64,000 nucleotides of DNA from Phoronis australis (lineage: Eukaryota > Animalia > Phoronida): assembly GCA_002633005.1 (NCBI GenBank), contig NMRA01000613.1, positions 62,001-126,000 of the forward strand, in the 5' to 3' direction. Under the pieces are notes generated by a model. The model was not told the DNA's origin. It saw only the letters and a list, made by a program, of their open reading frames with translations, and made no database searches. Shown piece by piece: positions 23,201-32,929 of the stretch. The stretch's first letter is position 1. Every line of letters starts with the position of its first letter. A program made the position numbers and the translations under genes.

Positions 23201-26200
23201 TGGGCTGATCAGGGGTTAGTTTGGGGGCATATGACTAGCCATGTGAGCAGGGATTCGGGATAAATGAGATTTAACCTCAAAAGGGCTAACTATAGATGGT
23301 GCGACGAACACTGTGAGCAAAGAATTCATGGATAGTACATTCAGTTTGATTCAGTGTGAGAAAAACACCATTTTAAACAAATTTTACAGGAGATCACTCA
23401 ACTTCTACATATTCCTGTGGAGCTTATAGGGTGCATATTTACCAGTTATCTATGTAATTTGTATAAATTGGATGAACTTGATTGAGCTTTCAAGAGAAAC
23501 AAAAGTTAAAATTTTTAAGTGCACCATGTCTCATTAGGTAAGGTATGACATGGTGCAATCGCTAACTTTTCAACTTGGACGATTCTGGGCTGGGTTGCGT
23601 AACACTTCAATGCTTGTGCAGCAGACATATTTTGTTAATTTACAGGATATGGTATCAATGGTGAAATGTCTGCTGCTGAGATACAAGTATGAAATCAACA
23701 TGGGCAAAAATAAATTTGATTTGAATGTTCCACGTATTATGTGCTACCCCTATATGCTGACACTCTTGGGTCAAGTGGTTAGGTCAATTGAACCAATTTT
23801 GGCACAATAGCCAAAGTGATATAATTGGACCATTATTCAGCAGAACAGTTTATATAGTTTAAAAAGATCAGCGTAATTTCACCTAATTTGAGGACACATT
23901 GTGTAGCAGAGTAACAGACTATTCGCACAGCACAACGGAAACAAAGAATGCAATGTGTCAAAANNNNNNNNNNNNNNNNNNNNNNNNNNNNNNNNNNNNN
24001 NNNNNNNNNNNNNNNNNNNNNNNNNNNNNNNNNNNNNNNNNNNNNNNNNNNNNNNNNNNNNNNNNNNNNNNNNNNNNNNNNNNNNNNNNNNNNNNNNNNN
24101 NNNNNNNNNNNNNNNNNNNNNNNNNNNNNNNNNNNNNNNNNNNNNNNNNNNNNNNNNNNNNNNNNNNNNNNNNNNNNNNNNNNNNNNNNNNNNNNNNNNN
24201 NNNNNNNNNNNNNNNNNNNNNNNNNNNNNNNNNNNNNNNNNNNNNNNNNNNNNNNNNNNNNNNNNNNNNNNNNNNNNNNNNNNNNNNNNNNNNNNNNNNN
24301 NNNNNNNNNNNNNNNNNNNNNNNNNNNNNNNNNNNNNNNNNNNNNNNNNNNNNNNNNNNNNNNNNNNNNNNNNNNNNNNNNNNNNNNNNNNNNNNNNNNN
24401 NNNNNNNNNNNNNNNNNNNNNNNNNNNNNNNNNNNNNNNNNNNNNNNNNNNNNNNNNNNNNNNNNNNNNNNNNNNNNNNNNNNNNNNNNNNNNNNNNNNN
24501 NNNNNNNNNNNNNNNNNNNNNNNNNNNNNNNNNNNNNNNNNNNNNNNNNNNNNNNNNNNNNNNNNNNNNNNNNNNNNNNNNNNNNNNNNNNNNNNNNNNN
24601 NNNNNNNNNNNNNNNNNNNNNNNNNNNNNNAGCATTCACTCACCGGCATTCGGTGCTGTGCAATTCAGTTCGACCCTGTCACCGACCATGTAATACCCCA
24701 ACACTCCTGTGATCTGTGCAGGACCAGGTGGATCTAGTCAAGATAAAACAACAGTCACTATGACAACATGACAACACAATGCTAAGTCTGGCTTCAAGAC
24801 ACACTGACTTTTTAAGGTTAGGAGCTAATTGAAAAGTCAGTGCATGCGGCCAGTTATCTACAAAAGTATAGAAATGAACTCTATAAAAGTGTGTATTCGG
24901 TGAAACTTTAAAGCGAGTAGTCTTCGAACTTCACGGATGACACGACCATATATTTTTAGCAAAATGTAGCAAAAAATAAATTTCAACAACCAATTTCATT
25001 CAATATAAATGTTCAAGACCAAATCTCAAACACATCGTTACAGTTTTCTAAAACATAATTTGTTTTTAGATTTTTGCAACTTTTGAATTTTTTCATCAAA
25101 ATCATAAAAGTCCTATATTTTGATAGCCCCTTATGCAAAAGTGGAACATTCTATAAACAGTTCCCAACAAAATATTGGACAAGAGTACATAAAACATTGA
25201 ATGAGGGACTTTTCGTCTGAATCCGATCCGACATTTCTGAGGTATGGCGGGCTATGATGTTCTAAGTTAGCCCCTGCTTTCTGTCAAAATAGCTTTTGAT
25301 TGAGCCCACTTTCCATCACCTGGAATTTTATGAGCACATTAATCATTCCTCATCCGAGTGTGGAACAATCTGAGATCACCTTCATAACACAACGTGGTCT
25401 AAATCAAAAGTCGTTTTCTAGAAAAACGATTGAGGGGATAACGACCGTTGTTCAGCAGCATTCTGACACGACTGTTTTTGAAATATCTAGCAATGAGACA
25501 AAACTCTTGTCTTGATCGAATGTCACTTTGTTGCTAATGGTCCCTACAACTAACAGTTTTAGCTAGAGCTCAGTACACTATATACAAGGTGCAAAAGTGT
25601 TCGTTTCGAGGTTTTGACAAATTTGAGACATCATTGAAAAATATTTTTGTAATAAAATGGACGTCTAGCCACATAGAATCGAGAAATACCCAGTTTAGCA
25701 TTGATAAGTTTATTTTGAAAATTACCACATCGGGTTTTAAACAAAACCTATTTACACCAAACTGTCACAGATCCACCAGTGGTCTGAAAATTCAGATGTT
25801 ACAAGTATTTCGATTTGGAAATAATGCAATGCCCATTTTAGCTTACAGACTTCAAAAAAAACAACTTTGGCAAGACATGTTAACAGTATTCCTGCTAGTG
25901 ATGAACTGTAAGGCAAACTTGTCAACAAAATTTACGAGCAGACTACAAGTTCATGACAGAGATTGAATAACAATTCTCTGGAAAGGATAAATCCAATGTA
26001 ACTTGAAAAGAAAGACTACTTGTACTAACACAAGCCTCATGATATTAGATACTGTTGTTGACATGACAAGACATTAATATTTTCTAGTGACTAGAACACT
26101 TTACAGTTACATATTTGTAAATACTATTACTTACAGAAGTACCCAACCCATTTCAACTCACAAATCTGTCAGTATTTCCAATAAAAATATCCTGAAACAC

Positions 26201-29200
26201 ATCATCAATCTTTTGGGCCAACAGGATTTGTGTCTAACAAAACACCCTCCCTTTTCATGTAATGCTGGTTTCGTTTCAGAACATCTACATGACCTGCATA
26301 ACTTACAGTTAACTGTTAGCCTGATTTCTTTCTCCGTTTTTCCCAGAGTCGAAGCGCCACCTGATGGTGTCAGGTTATTCTCAGCTGTTATGGTGTAGAC
26401 GCCAGCATTGATACGCGAAACACTCTGGAAGGTCTTGTAGGAGCCGGGGGTTCTCTGATTTGTACCCTGCTTTATCCAATAGATGGACGAGGCAGCTGGC
26501 TGAGACTGAACAGTACATGACATGTTGACAGGCCTCCCCTCATCCACAGTTATTGGAGATGTACAGCCACTGATTTCAGGTTTATCTGAAAGAGGAAACG
26601 TTATGCTTAACAAGCGTTTTTGTTATCAGTTTTGACTAAGTTAACCAAAAACTGATGAATGTTTGTGTATGAAAAATTACAAAAATTTTAAGACAACTGT
26701 TTACCCTTTCTTTACCGATTAACATGTTAGTACTTATATTACAACTTAAGTTTAAACCAATTTTTGTGAAATTTGTTACAATTTTCAGATTTAGTAAAGT
26801 CAAACAGGAGAGAGCACATCTTAGACTTGCCTCACACACACTGTGAACACCAGGGTCAGGAGACCAATCAAAAATGCATTCAGAGAATTCCACTATAAAC
26901 TCCAACCTGCATCTCACTGAGAGATTGCAAATTATCCTACAAGTGGCTGTTATAGGCAGAAACAGATTCAAATATTGTGAAAATCGCGTACAATTTCATA
27001 ACAAACCCGTTTTATCAGCATGTTCGACAATTACTGTAATCGCTAGGCACACACAAAAACTGTTGCGGTTACGTAGGACCTCAGAAAAATGTCCAAATTT
27101 GGCTAACTTTGGAACTTCATATCTCAGGAATGGAGATTAGGTTCATACAAAACTTTCACGTACAATGCTTTAAGCACTATTCTCTGAAATGCTGTCAGGA
27201 TTTTTTCCATAATGTTTGACTTTTGCATGAGGGGGGACAACAGAAATACAAGACTTTATGGTTTTCATTGAAAACCTCTAAATTTCCATACAACAAAAAT
27301 GAAATCGTAATTTCAAAAACCGTAACAGTCATTTTGAGATTTCGTCCAAAACATTTGTATCATTCAAAACAAATAAAATTTGACAATGTTATTAATACCT
27401 TTAATTTGTTATGAACGCACTTCTTTTTGTTAAATTTTTGGTCACGTGACACAACTAGTGACAGATTATGATTAAGTTAAAAACCAAAATTCCAAAGTTT
27501 TTCTTCTTTCAGAAAATATATGCTTTTATATCAAGTTAAAATCTACAAGGTCTATAGACACTTGACTAAATCAAGGACATGTCGATAAGGTTCTACACAA
27601 CCTTAAAGCAAGCAACACAGTTCTGATACCATCCGGAGCAGGCTTTCTAATCAAAGGTCCAAACTGGCCAACTTGCAATGCTTGTTCAATGAATGCATCT
27701 TCCAGTTTCGATTTGTTAACAAATTTATAAAAAGCAAGCAAAGACCCTTACACTGTACTACGACTGAGGTGGTCCCACTTCCTACACCGACAACATTGGT
27801 TGCTGAGCACTTGTAAATGCCGGCGGAACTTTTCTGTGCTTGATTGATGAAAAGCGTAGGGCTAGTAGAACCTAGAACACAATTTAGTTATCTGGGTTAA
27901 AACATTTCTCCGCACTTTCTGATCAGATGGGAAACTTTTTCCGGCATAACTCTCAATCTGCAAGCTGTATCAACACCCATTTATGTAGTGGTCTCATGCA
28001 ATCACCCATTTCTGCTGAATTATCACTGCCCAAATTAGACACAAAAGGAGAGAAAGTCACTTAACTCCACTTTAAGCAGTAATCACCTATTGCTACTGAG
28101 TTGCTCTGTCCAAATCAGACACGGAAGTAGAGAAAGGCACTTCCATTCAAAGACCTCTGATACAGCTGATAGCATAGTACAAAAATCTATGCAAAGAATT
28201 TGATGAATGTGACAGATGGTGAGCATAATATATCGTTGATGGTCAACGCATCAAATGTGAAAATACAACTTCACTTTCCCATGAGCACCAGTGTCACTCA
28301 GATTCTTAATAAGGCGAACTTTTTGACAGGATACGCCCATAATACTACATCGCTAAGGCATAAGCTATAGTGCTGTACTTACCGGTAAGAACATCATTGT
28401 CCTTAAACCATGTGACTTGTGACACTCCTGGATTGGCAGTCACGTTGCAAAATAATGAATTCCCAGTACTGCCGTCCAATATGATGTATGGATTAGGACT
28501 CAGCTGTAGCCGGGGTTTATCTGGAATTGTAGGTTAATGTTGATGACTTGCAGATAAGACTTTAGGAAAAGTTTAAGAATAACAGAACAACAGAACAATA
28601 ACAGAATACTAAAAGTAAAACTAAAGCAACAGCACAAAATGCACACAAAAGCATGAGAGTTATTAACCTTAATGGCATCAGTATTGATCTTACTGTTTGA
28701 CATACTACAATGATGCTGAGGCATCTAATTGTATTCACCATAAAGTTCATCACAGATCCAAGTTTTTAAAAATGCCCCTCTGCTAATTTGTGAGGCTGTC
28801 ATGTGGAACAACAGAAATATTATGAAAATCGTGGGAATTCACAAAAATGTTAAAAGCCCTTGAAAAATGAAAAAAGTGCAGTTTGGCAATTATTTTTGTC
28901 AGCTCAGGTGAGTAGTTAAGATCTAGATGTGTAAAGTAATCTTAAAATTTGCATGCATTTTTAATCTGATAATTTTTCACTCTACACTGCAAGACACATG
29001 TGAAGTCTATAGAATGAATAGGCTAAAGTATCCTCAAATTCGATAAAAACAACAACCAAACTTGTCATTTCCGTTTTTCAAAAGCTCACCGCATTGTTGA
29101 ACATCAAAAATACTCAGATTTCAAGATTTGTCCCATGAGACAGCTGTGCAATGCAATTGTACAAGCAGCGAAGTAAACCTTTCTCCCTATTTACTTTTAC

Positions 29201-32200
29201 AGAAATAAAATTTCACTGTTCCGCAATAATATATTCTTATTTGAGGAAAGTATAAATAAAACAGCCTGCAAAAGTAACTGTGGTTATTTGCATTGCTGCC
29301 TTCTTTGAAGACAGTGTGTCCCTTACATTGCACAGGCAACCGTAGTGTCCTCTCTAGCTTGTTGTTGACGTTCTCCTTGTTGAACGCCAGACACTTGAAG
29401 ACTGCGCGGTCATCTGTGTACTGCATGACACGAGTCACTACACTCTTGCTCTCGTTGTACGGTGCTGGCGCCGCCGTGTACACCGCATTAGGAAGTAGCT
29501 ACAACACATGTAAAATTAACAGTACGGGGCTAGATACTTAGCAAGAAGTCAACTCCCCAAATTGCACCCCGGTAAAATTCCCAGGTCGCTTAATGCAACA
29601 TGTAGTTAAACCAAACCTAATTGGCAACCATTGAACATGAAATACCCGAGGGCTGTTCCAGTAAAAAATGTATGGGAGGTGGGAAGGCACTTTCATTTCT
29701 TAACCGCCGCCCATATTTTTCTTTTATTTCTCCAATCCACGACCCATAATTTTTAATTCGGTTGAATTATAAAATGTGGTATTTGGGATAATCAACCTGT
29801 CTTGTTAAAAACTAAAAGGGCCAACAAGGGGTGCTGTGGTAACCAAATCTGTCTGAAAATCGGCTGGTACCGGTGCATACCAGCCGTCTAACTCTATACC
29901 AAATGTCATCATGTAGTGTCTCCTTTTTTGTTGATATTAGCTGTTCAGATTTTCAGTTCATAGTCCTGAAGATGTCTCCCAGACTGAATTACAGCGGTTT
30001 TGCATAATGTGTCTCAGGGTACCGCACAATTAAAAATAATGTCGGCGGTTATCAAGAGATGAAGTGGTATACATTGATATTATCATTATGTGATAATAAT
30101 TCATATTATGATTATGATTATGATTACTTGCAGCTCAGGTAAGAGGACTTGGCATGCCTGCCTATGCTCATTGTAAACTACTTATTACTATAGCATGAGC
30201 ATACAATTAATGCAATGAATTTTGAGCACCAAACTTTTAAAAAGAAACTTCAACTATCATGCGTTTGGACAGAGGGAAAGTACAACCAGGTTTTATCACA
30301 ACCACTTACCGTGTTGCCCAGGTAGATTGAAAGTTGAGGTGTTGGATATCCCCCGGAGGACTTACAGGTGAAGGTAACCGTATCACCCTCCCTGGCACTT
30401 GGTACACTTGAGGTGAAAACTGAAGTATTAGGGGGAGCTGAAGCAAAGAAATTTCAAGACAGAATTTAAAAAAATGAGGAAGCAAGTAAAAAAGAGTATA
30501 TTCATTTACACCAACATGAGTTTCACTGATCACAAACCAACATGACTTTCAGTGATCACAATGAAACACGACTTTCACTGTTCACAATGAAACACGACTT
30601 TCACTGTTCACAATCCTGCCATGACTTTTACTGTTCACAATCTCGATCACCATCTGTTCAAACTGCTAGACAAGTCTCTCATGCTCTAGTTTGAGAAGAC
30701 CGTGACTGGACGTGTTACTAAATTTGAAAGTCACACTAATTTTCAATAAAATCTTACTCTCAGAAAACTGTCAAGTTGAATAATGCATGGTAATATTTTA
30801 GTTGTTTTACAAAAATAATGCTCAAATACCATTGCATACATCTATTGTTTAGGGTTAGCAACCTCGCTACACTCAATAAAATGTTTATCCAGGTAAATTT
30901 TTGTTCAAATTTTCAGAAACTAAAATTGAACTATTTCTTGGGAAAAGAATTATTGTTTTTCCCATCAACAAAGCCAGAATTCGTTACCAGAGTGCACTTC
31001 AAAGATCATCTGAACAGATAGAGAAATTACTGTCTATTTTTCACCTTATTTTTTCATGCTAGTGAACGTGATAAGTTGCTGAACAGTTTCCATCGGCAAT
31101 ATGATTATGATTCAGTACCCTATGGTGGGCACTGTGCATTGTCAAGACGTGGAAAACTGAAACGAAAACCGATAAAAAGAAATCCCCTCTTTCATAAGCC
31201 ACGGAAATATCCATTTTTCCTGATGCAAAAAGCAACACACCTTTCCTCACAATTTCTCACTGTTTACCCATATCTATCAAAGTCTATTTTTTTAACACAG
31301 AAGACCTGGATGCACATTTTGCAAGAGGGATATTGATTTCAAAGCCATCACAAAGCTAACATTATGACAACATTACAAACTAGAATAACAATCCTACCCT
31401 TTGTGCAGTGTTATTTTAGTGATCTCTCTGCAGCAAGGTGTTTTCAGGAGAAATATAGATTTGTGAAGGCAGGTTTACCATGGGATTACAATAGAGGGGG
31501 CTTTGTCCAGAGTCATCTGCATGTAAAGGTTGTATTGTGAAGTAAACACCATGCAGGTTTTAAAGTCACAATAAATCCTGAGTACTTGTGCACTTCCAGA
31601 GCAACAGCATGGCATGACCACTAAATGGACCTGGTCAAAACCAATGATCACTGGTCAGTTCCTCTGGAGATCCACCATGGAAATCATATTTCTAATTTGA
31701 GTAATGAACAACATGTGACCAATTTCACCCTAACAAGAGCAGTGGCCATTCAAGGTGTAACATTGCATGCAGTGATCAGGGCATAACACAAACTCAACCA
31801 GCCTTACACCCATGACCTACACAGTATTAGTTGAGCCTGTTTCAGGTAAGCAGTGTTGTTGGAGGAAAAGCTACACACACAACTCATGGGTTGATATCAA
31901 ACTTGTGCATGTGAATGACTCTGTCCTATGATATGTTGCAGGTGCTGGTTGACAAATTACAGTTGAAAATGTTTAATACCAGCACATGTACCAATAATGA
32001 ACAAAATACAAACTTAATTATACAACCTTTTCCTCCAATTTTGTTATGAGGTACACAACTATTTGTTTGAGACTTAAATTCAGTTCAACCAGGATGAGGA
32101 AAATTAGTTAGGAGCCCTTGTGATGCCATCAAAAGCCAAGTACTGTTCAGTTACCACAACACACTTGACTCAACAAATTCTAATGTGGTGCCGTGCAGTT

Positions 32201-32929
32201 TTGACAAAGATAATTTTGTTGCGGATTCAGTTGCAATTAATCGCTGTCGTATGTGATGTCGGCTGATCTGACGCTCGTGTGAACGCAACAGTGAAAAGTC
32301 GCACAACTTTTAGGCAGATGTGTCGCAAAACTTTTCCGAAAAAACGGGGCATGTTTGAAGCAGACTTCTAACATATGGCCACAACAAAGAGACAACTGGT
32401 CCTTCCACACACCTCCATGTCCGTGAGGGGGGGACTGTACATGCCTTGGAATGGTTTACAGGGGGATATACTCAAAATCCCGACCAATTCTATAGCTAAG
32501 CTAGCGGTACCAATGTAAAGTGACACAAAGTCCAGTAAATTACCCACCCAAGACAATACTTGCTCAGTTGGTTGACCATAACAGTCAAATTGCCAACCTG
32601 ATGTTTCAATAATAGAAAGTACAACATACCTGTTACGGACAACGTTGCTTGACCATTTTCAAAGCTCACCATTGCACACGAGTACACACCAAAATCTTCT
32701 TTCTGTACATTTGCTATTACCAAACTATAATTTCCATTCCGCGAATCCAGTGTGATCCGGGAGCTCCCGAACCACTTTCGATTTCCCACAAACAAATTTC
32801 CAAGTAAGTTATTTGTCCATGACCTTTCTAAGCTGTTGCTAGAGTCAATGAAGGAACATTCCAACGTAGCTGTTTGACCAAGGGTCACCTCTTGATCTGT
32901 TGGCTTGACCCTCCAGCTTTGAGCAGACA
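5047..32929 (-). CDS. ed: Echinoid/Fred-family Ig-superfamily adhesion receptor (7 Ig + FN3 + FN3-like + TM + PDZ-ligand tail); spliced CDS, 5'-partial, one internal exon missing in a gap
   Basis: 18 exons with canonical AG/GT ends and mutually compatible phases. Domain order and motifs (AKDYE after the TM, ESGYSTP...VIYEVIV C-terminus) resemble Drosophila Echinoid as I recall it (ESGYSTP...VIREIIV). Orthology not computed. Confidence 0.88.
6405..6614 (-). CDS. Exon: cytoplasmic tail 2
   Basis: ttacag|AT...CCTG|gtatgt, 210 nt, phase 1-1; YNYTMLEHVAQPNGHVGNGHAPHAPPYTPY...RSFDVP. Confidence 0.88.
7360..7960. repeat. Dispersed repeat with internal aaatttcat(g/c)aa(g/a) modules (HINE/Helentron-like non-autonomous element)
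   Basis: Three aaatttcat-aa modules and two ccactagggggc motifs; family assignment by resemblance only. Confidence 0.4.
10447..10577 (-). CDS. Exon: cytoplasmic tail 1
   Basis: ttttag|C...GCGT|gtgagt, 131 nt, phase 2-1; RRTQPVLDASQTSKQRGYDNPGIDLDDPTTEGVFSHPADSTHA. Confidence 0.85.
10974..11021 (-). CDS. Candidate 48-nt cassette exon (cytoplasmic)
   Basis: gcacag|A...TC|gtaagt, frame-preserving phase 2-2, open: LEKASRGWKNVPFHVS; the acceptor lies inside a long hairpin. Confidence 0.33.
11002..11098. other. 97-nt intronic stem-loop (41-bp imperfect inverted repeat, 15-nt loop)
   Basis: ctctgctggctttttcaagtctgtgcgacccctggtggatt vs reverse complement of the right arm ctctgctggccttttctagccagtgtgacctctggtggatt: 35/41 identical, 2 further positions pair as G-U. 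Confidence 0.9.
11701..11728 (-). CDS. 28-nt microexon, cytoplasmic juxtamembrane
   Basis: ttcctctttttgcag|CT...CAA|gtgagt, phase 1-2; AKDYENEPV; needed to convert phase 1 (TM exon) to phase 2 (next exon). Confidence 0.88.
12352..12468 (-). CDS. Exon: transmembrane helix and stop-transfer
   Basis: ttttcag|TG...AAGG|gtgagg, 117 nt, phase 1-1; VDVTDPKVIYIAVGVCAGVLLILLIVLLVCCIRRRRSKK. Confidence 0.95.
14588..14956. mobile_element. MITE-like element
   Basis: Inverted ends actgaccatcccaaaa / ttttaggatggtcagt. Confidence 0.5.
15171..15209 (-). CDS. Candidate 39-nt cassette microexon (juxtamembrane ectodomain)
   Basis: ttttgttattag|AT...GAAG|gtaact, frame-preserving phase 1-1, open: DSKAICSHQPCME. 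Confidence 0.45.
15605..15871 (-). CDS. Exon: membrane-proximal FN3-like domain with 4 Cys
   Basis: tttcag|AC...AAAG|gtaaaa, 267 nt, phase 1-1; DLNIPAPVKALYHPENGTITF...CLKVEV...YRISVCLLDRKDVCSSAVTVSK. Confidence 0.9.
16812..16907 (-). CDS. Exon: FN3 C-part
   Basis: caccag|AT...AATG|gtaagt, 96 nt, phase 1-1; NLYPARNYTFKVYATNLLGGGPYSNVVWRKTN (FN3 L-x-P-x-x-x-Y motif). Confidence 0.94.
18287..18466 (-). CDS. Exon: FN3 N-part
   Basis: tcccag|AC...ACAA|gtgagt, 180 nt, phase 1-1; TPEAPTALKVTSSQWDQVTLTWTPGFDGGYEQTFTIIY...EYTVT. Confidence 0.94.
19087..19383 (-). CDS. Exon: Ig7
   Basis: ccacag|AT...AAAA|gtgagt, 297 nt, phase 1-1; YQPQIQ...IPCMAHAYPAPTFAW...LGDYVCESTNQEG...LTVK. Confidence 0.94.
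19758..19813. repeat. 28-bp tandem duplication
   Basis: (aatgcattgtgtgtcatgttagcagaat)x2. Confidence 0.9.
20355..20570. repeat. Degenerate (CTG)n trinucleotide microsatellite
   Basis: gctgctgct/gttgct runs, intronic. Confidence 0.9.
21331..21456 (-). CDS. Exon: Ig6 C-part
   Basis: ctccag|GT...AAAT|gtaagt, 126 nt, phase 1-1; GAGRQRVRDDHLQISDAGAYQCQASNLNVAPIRSFTMDLKIK. Confidence 0.92.
21515..21640. mobile_element. Small MITE-like inverted repeat
   Basis: gctcaaggtaaaaaa / tttttcaccttgagc, 14/15 match. Confidence 0.45.
22610..22834 (-). CDS. Exon: Ig6 N-part
   Basis: tttcag|AG...AAAG|gtaaaa, 225 nt, phase 1-1; RPTFITNL...LTCEARGKPAPSITWWKDG...SELLFK. Confidence 0.93.
23964..24630. other. 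Assembly gap (667 N)
   Basis: Run of N. Confidence 1.
24644..24733 (-). CDS. Exon: Ig5 N-half
   Basis: gactag|AT...GCCG|gtgagt, 90 nt, phase 1-1; YPPGPAQITGVLGYYMVGDRVELNCTAPNA. Confidence 0.88.
24930..25260. repeat. Dispersed repeat; diverged second copy at ~13990-14260
   Basis: Collinear shared blocks acacgaccatat, atctcaaa..gttaca.ttt, gatag.cct..atgcaaa(a)gtggaa. Confidence 0.6.
26307..26585 (-). CDS. Exon: Ig4
   Basis: tttcag|AT...AACT|gtaagt, 279 nt, phase 1-1; YKPEISGCTSPITVDEGRPVNMSC...W...NAGVYTITAENNLTPSGG...LTVN. Confidence 0.93.
27752..27871 (-). CDS. Exon: Ig3 C-half
   Basis: ttctag|GT...CAGT|gtaagg, 120 nt, phase 1-1; GSTSPTLFINQAQKSSAGIYKCSATNVVGVGSGTTSVVVQ. Confidence 0.93.
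28383..28520 (-). CDS. Exon: Ig3 N-half
   Basis: ttccag|AT...ACCG|gtaagt, 138 nt, phase 1-1; YKPRLQLSPNPYIILDGSTGNSLFCNVTANPGVSQVTWFKDNDVLT. Confidence 0.93.
29327..29498 (-). CDS. Exon: Ig2 C-half
   Basis: ttgtag|CTA...CAAT|gtaagg, 172 nt, phase 0-1; LLPNAVYT...DDRAVFKCLAFN...LPVQ. Confidence 0.92.
29648..30066. mobile_element. Degenerate MITE
   Basis: cactttcatttcttaaccgccgcccatattttt is imperfectly inverted at ~30033-30066. Confidence 0.4.
30310..30437 (-). CDS. Exon: Ig2 N-half
   Basis: cttcag|CT...ACG|gtaagt, 128 nt, phase 1-0; APPNTSVFTSSVPSAREGDTVTFTCKSSGGYPTPQLSIYLGNT (this frame is not in the ORF track). Confidence 0.92.
30514..30641. repeat. ~26-bp degenerate minisatellite, ~5 copies
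   Basis: Unit aca(c/t)gactttcactgttcacaatgaa. Confidence 0.85.
32630..32929 (-). CDS. Exon: Ig1 (V/I-set)
   Basis: tttcag|TG...ACAG|gtatgt, 300 nt, phase 1-1; SAQSWRVKPTDQEVTLGQTATLEC...W...DFGVYSC...ATLSVT. Confidence 0.93.

Noticed and set aside
23833-24737. Six long ORFs in the ORF track
   Set aside because: Artefacts of translating the N gap.
5047-32929. Nephrin, Kirrel or hemicentin identity for the main gene
   Set aside because: Domain count (7 Ig plus two FN3-type), single TM and the ESGYSTP...EVIV tail fit Echinoid better; nephrin has 8 or more Ig and one FN3, Kirrel has 5 Ig, and hemicentin is secreted.
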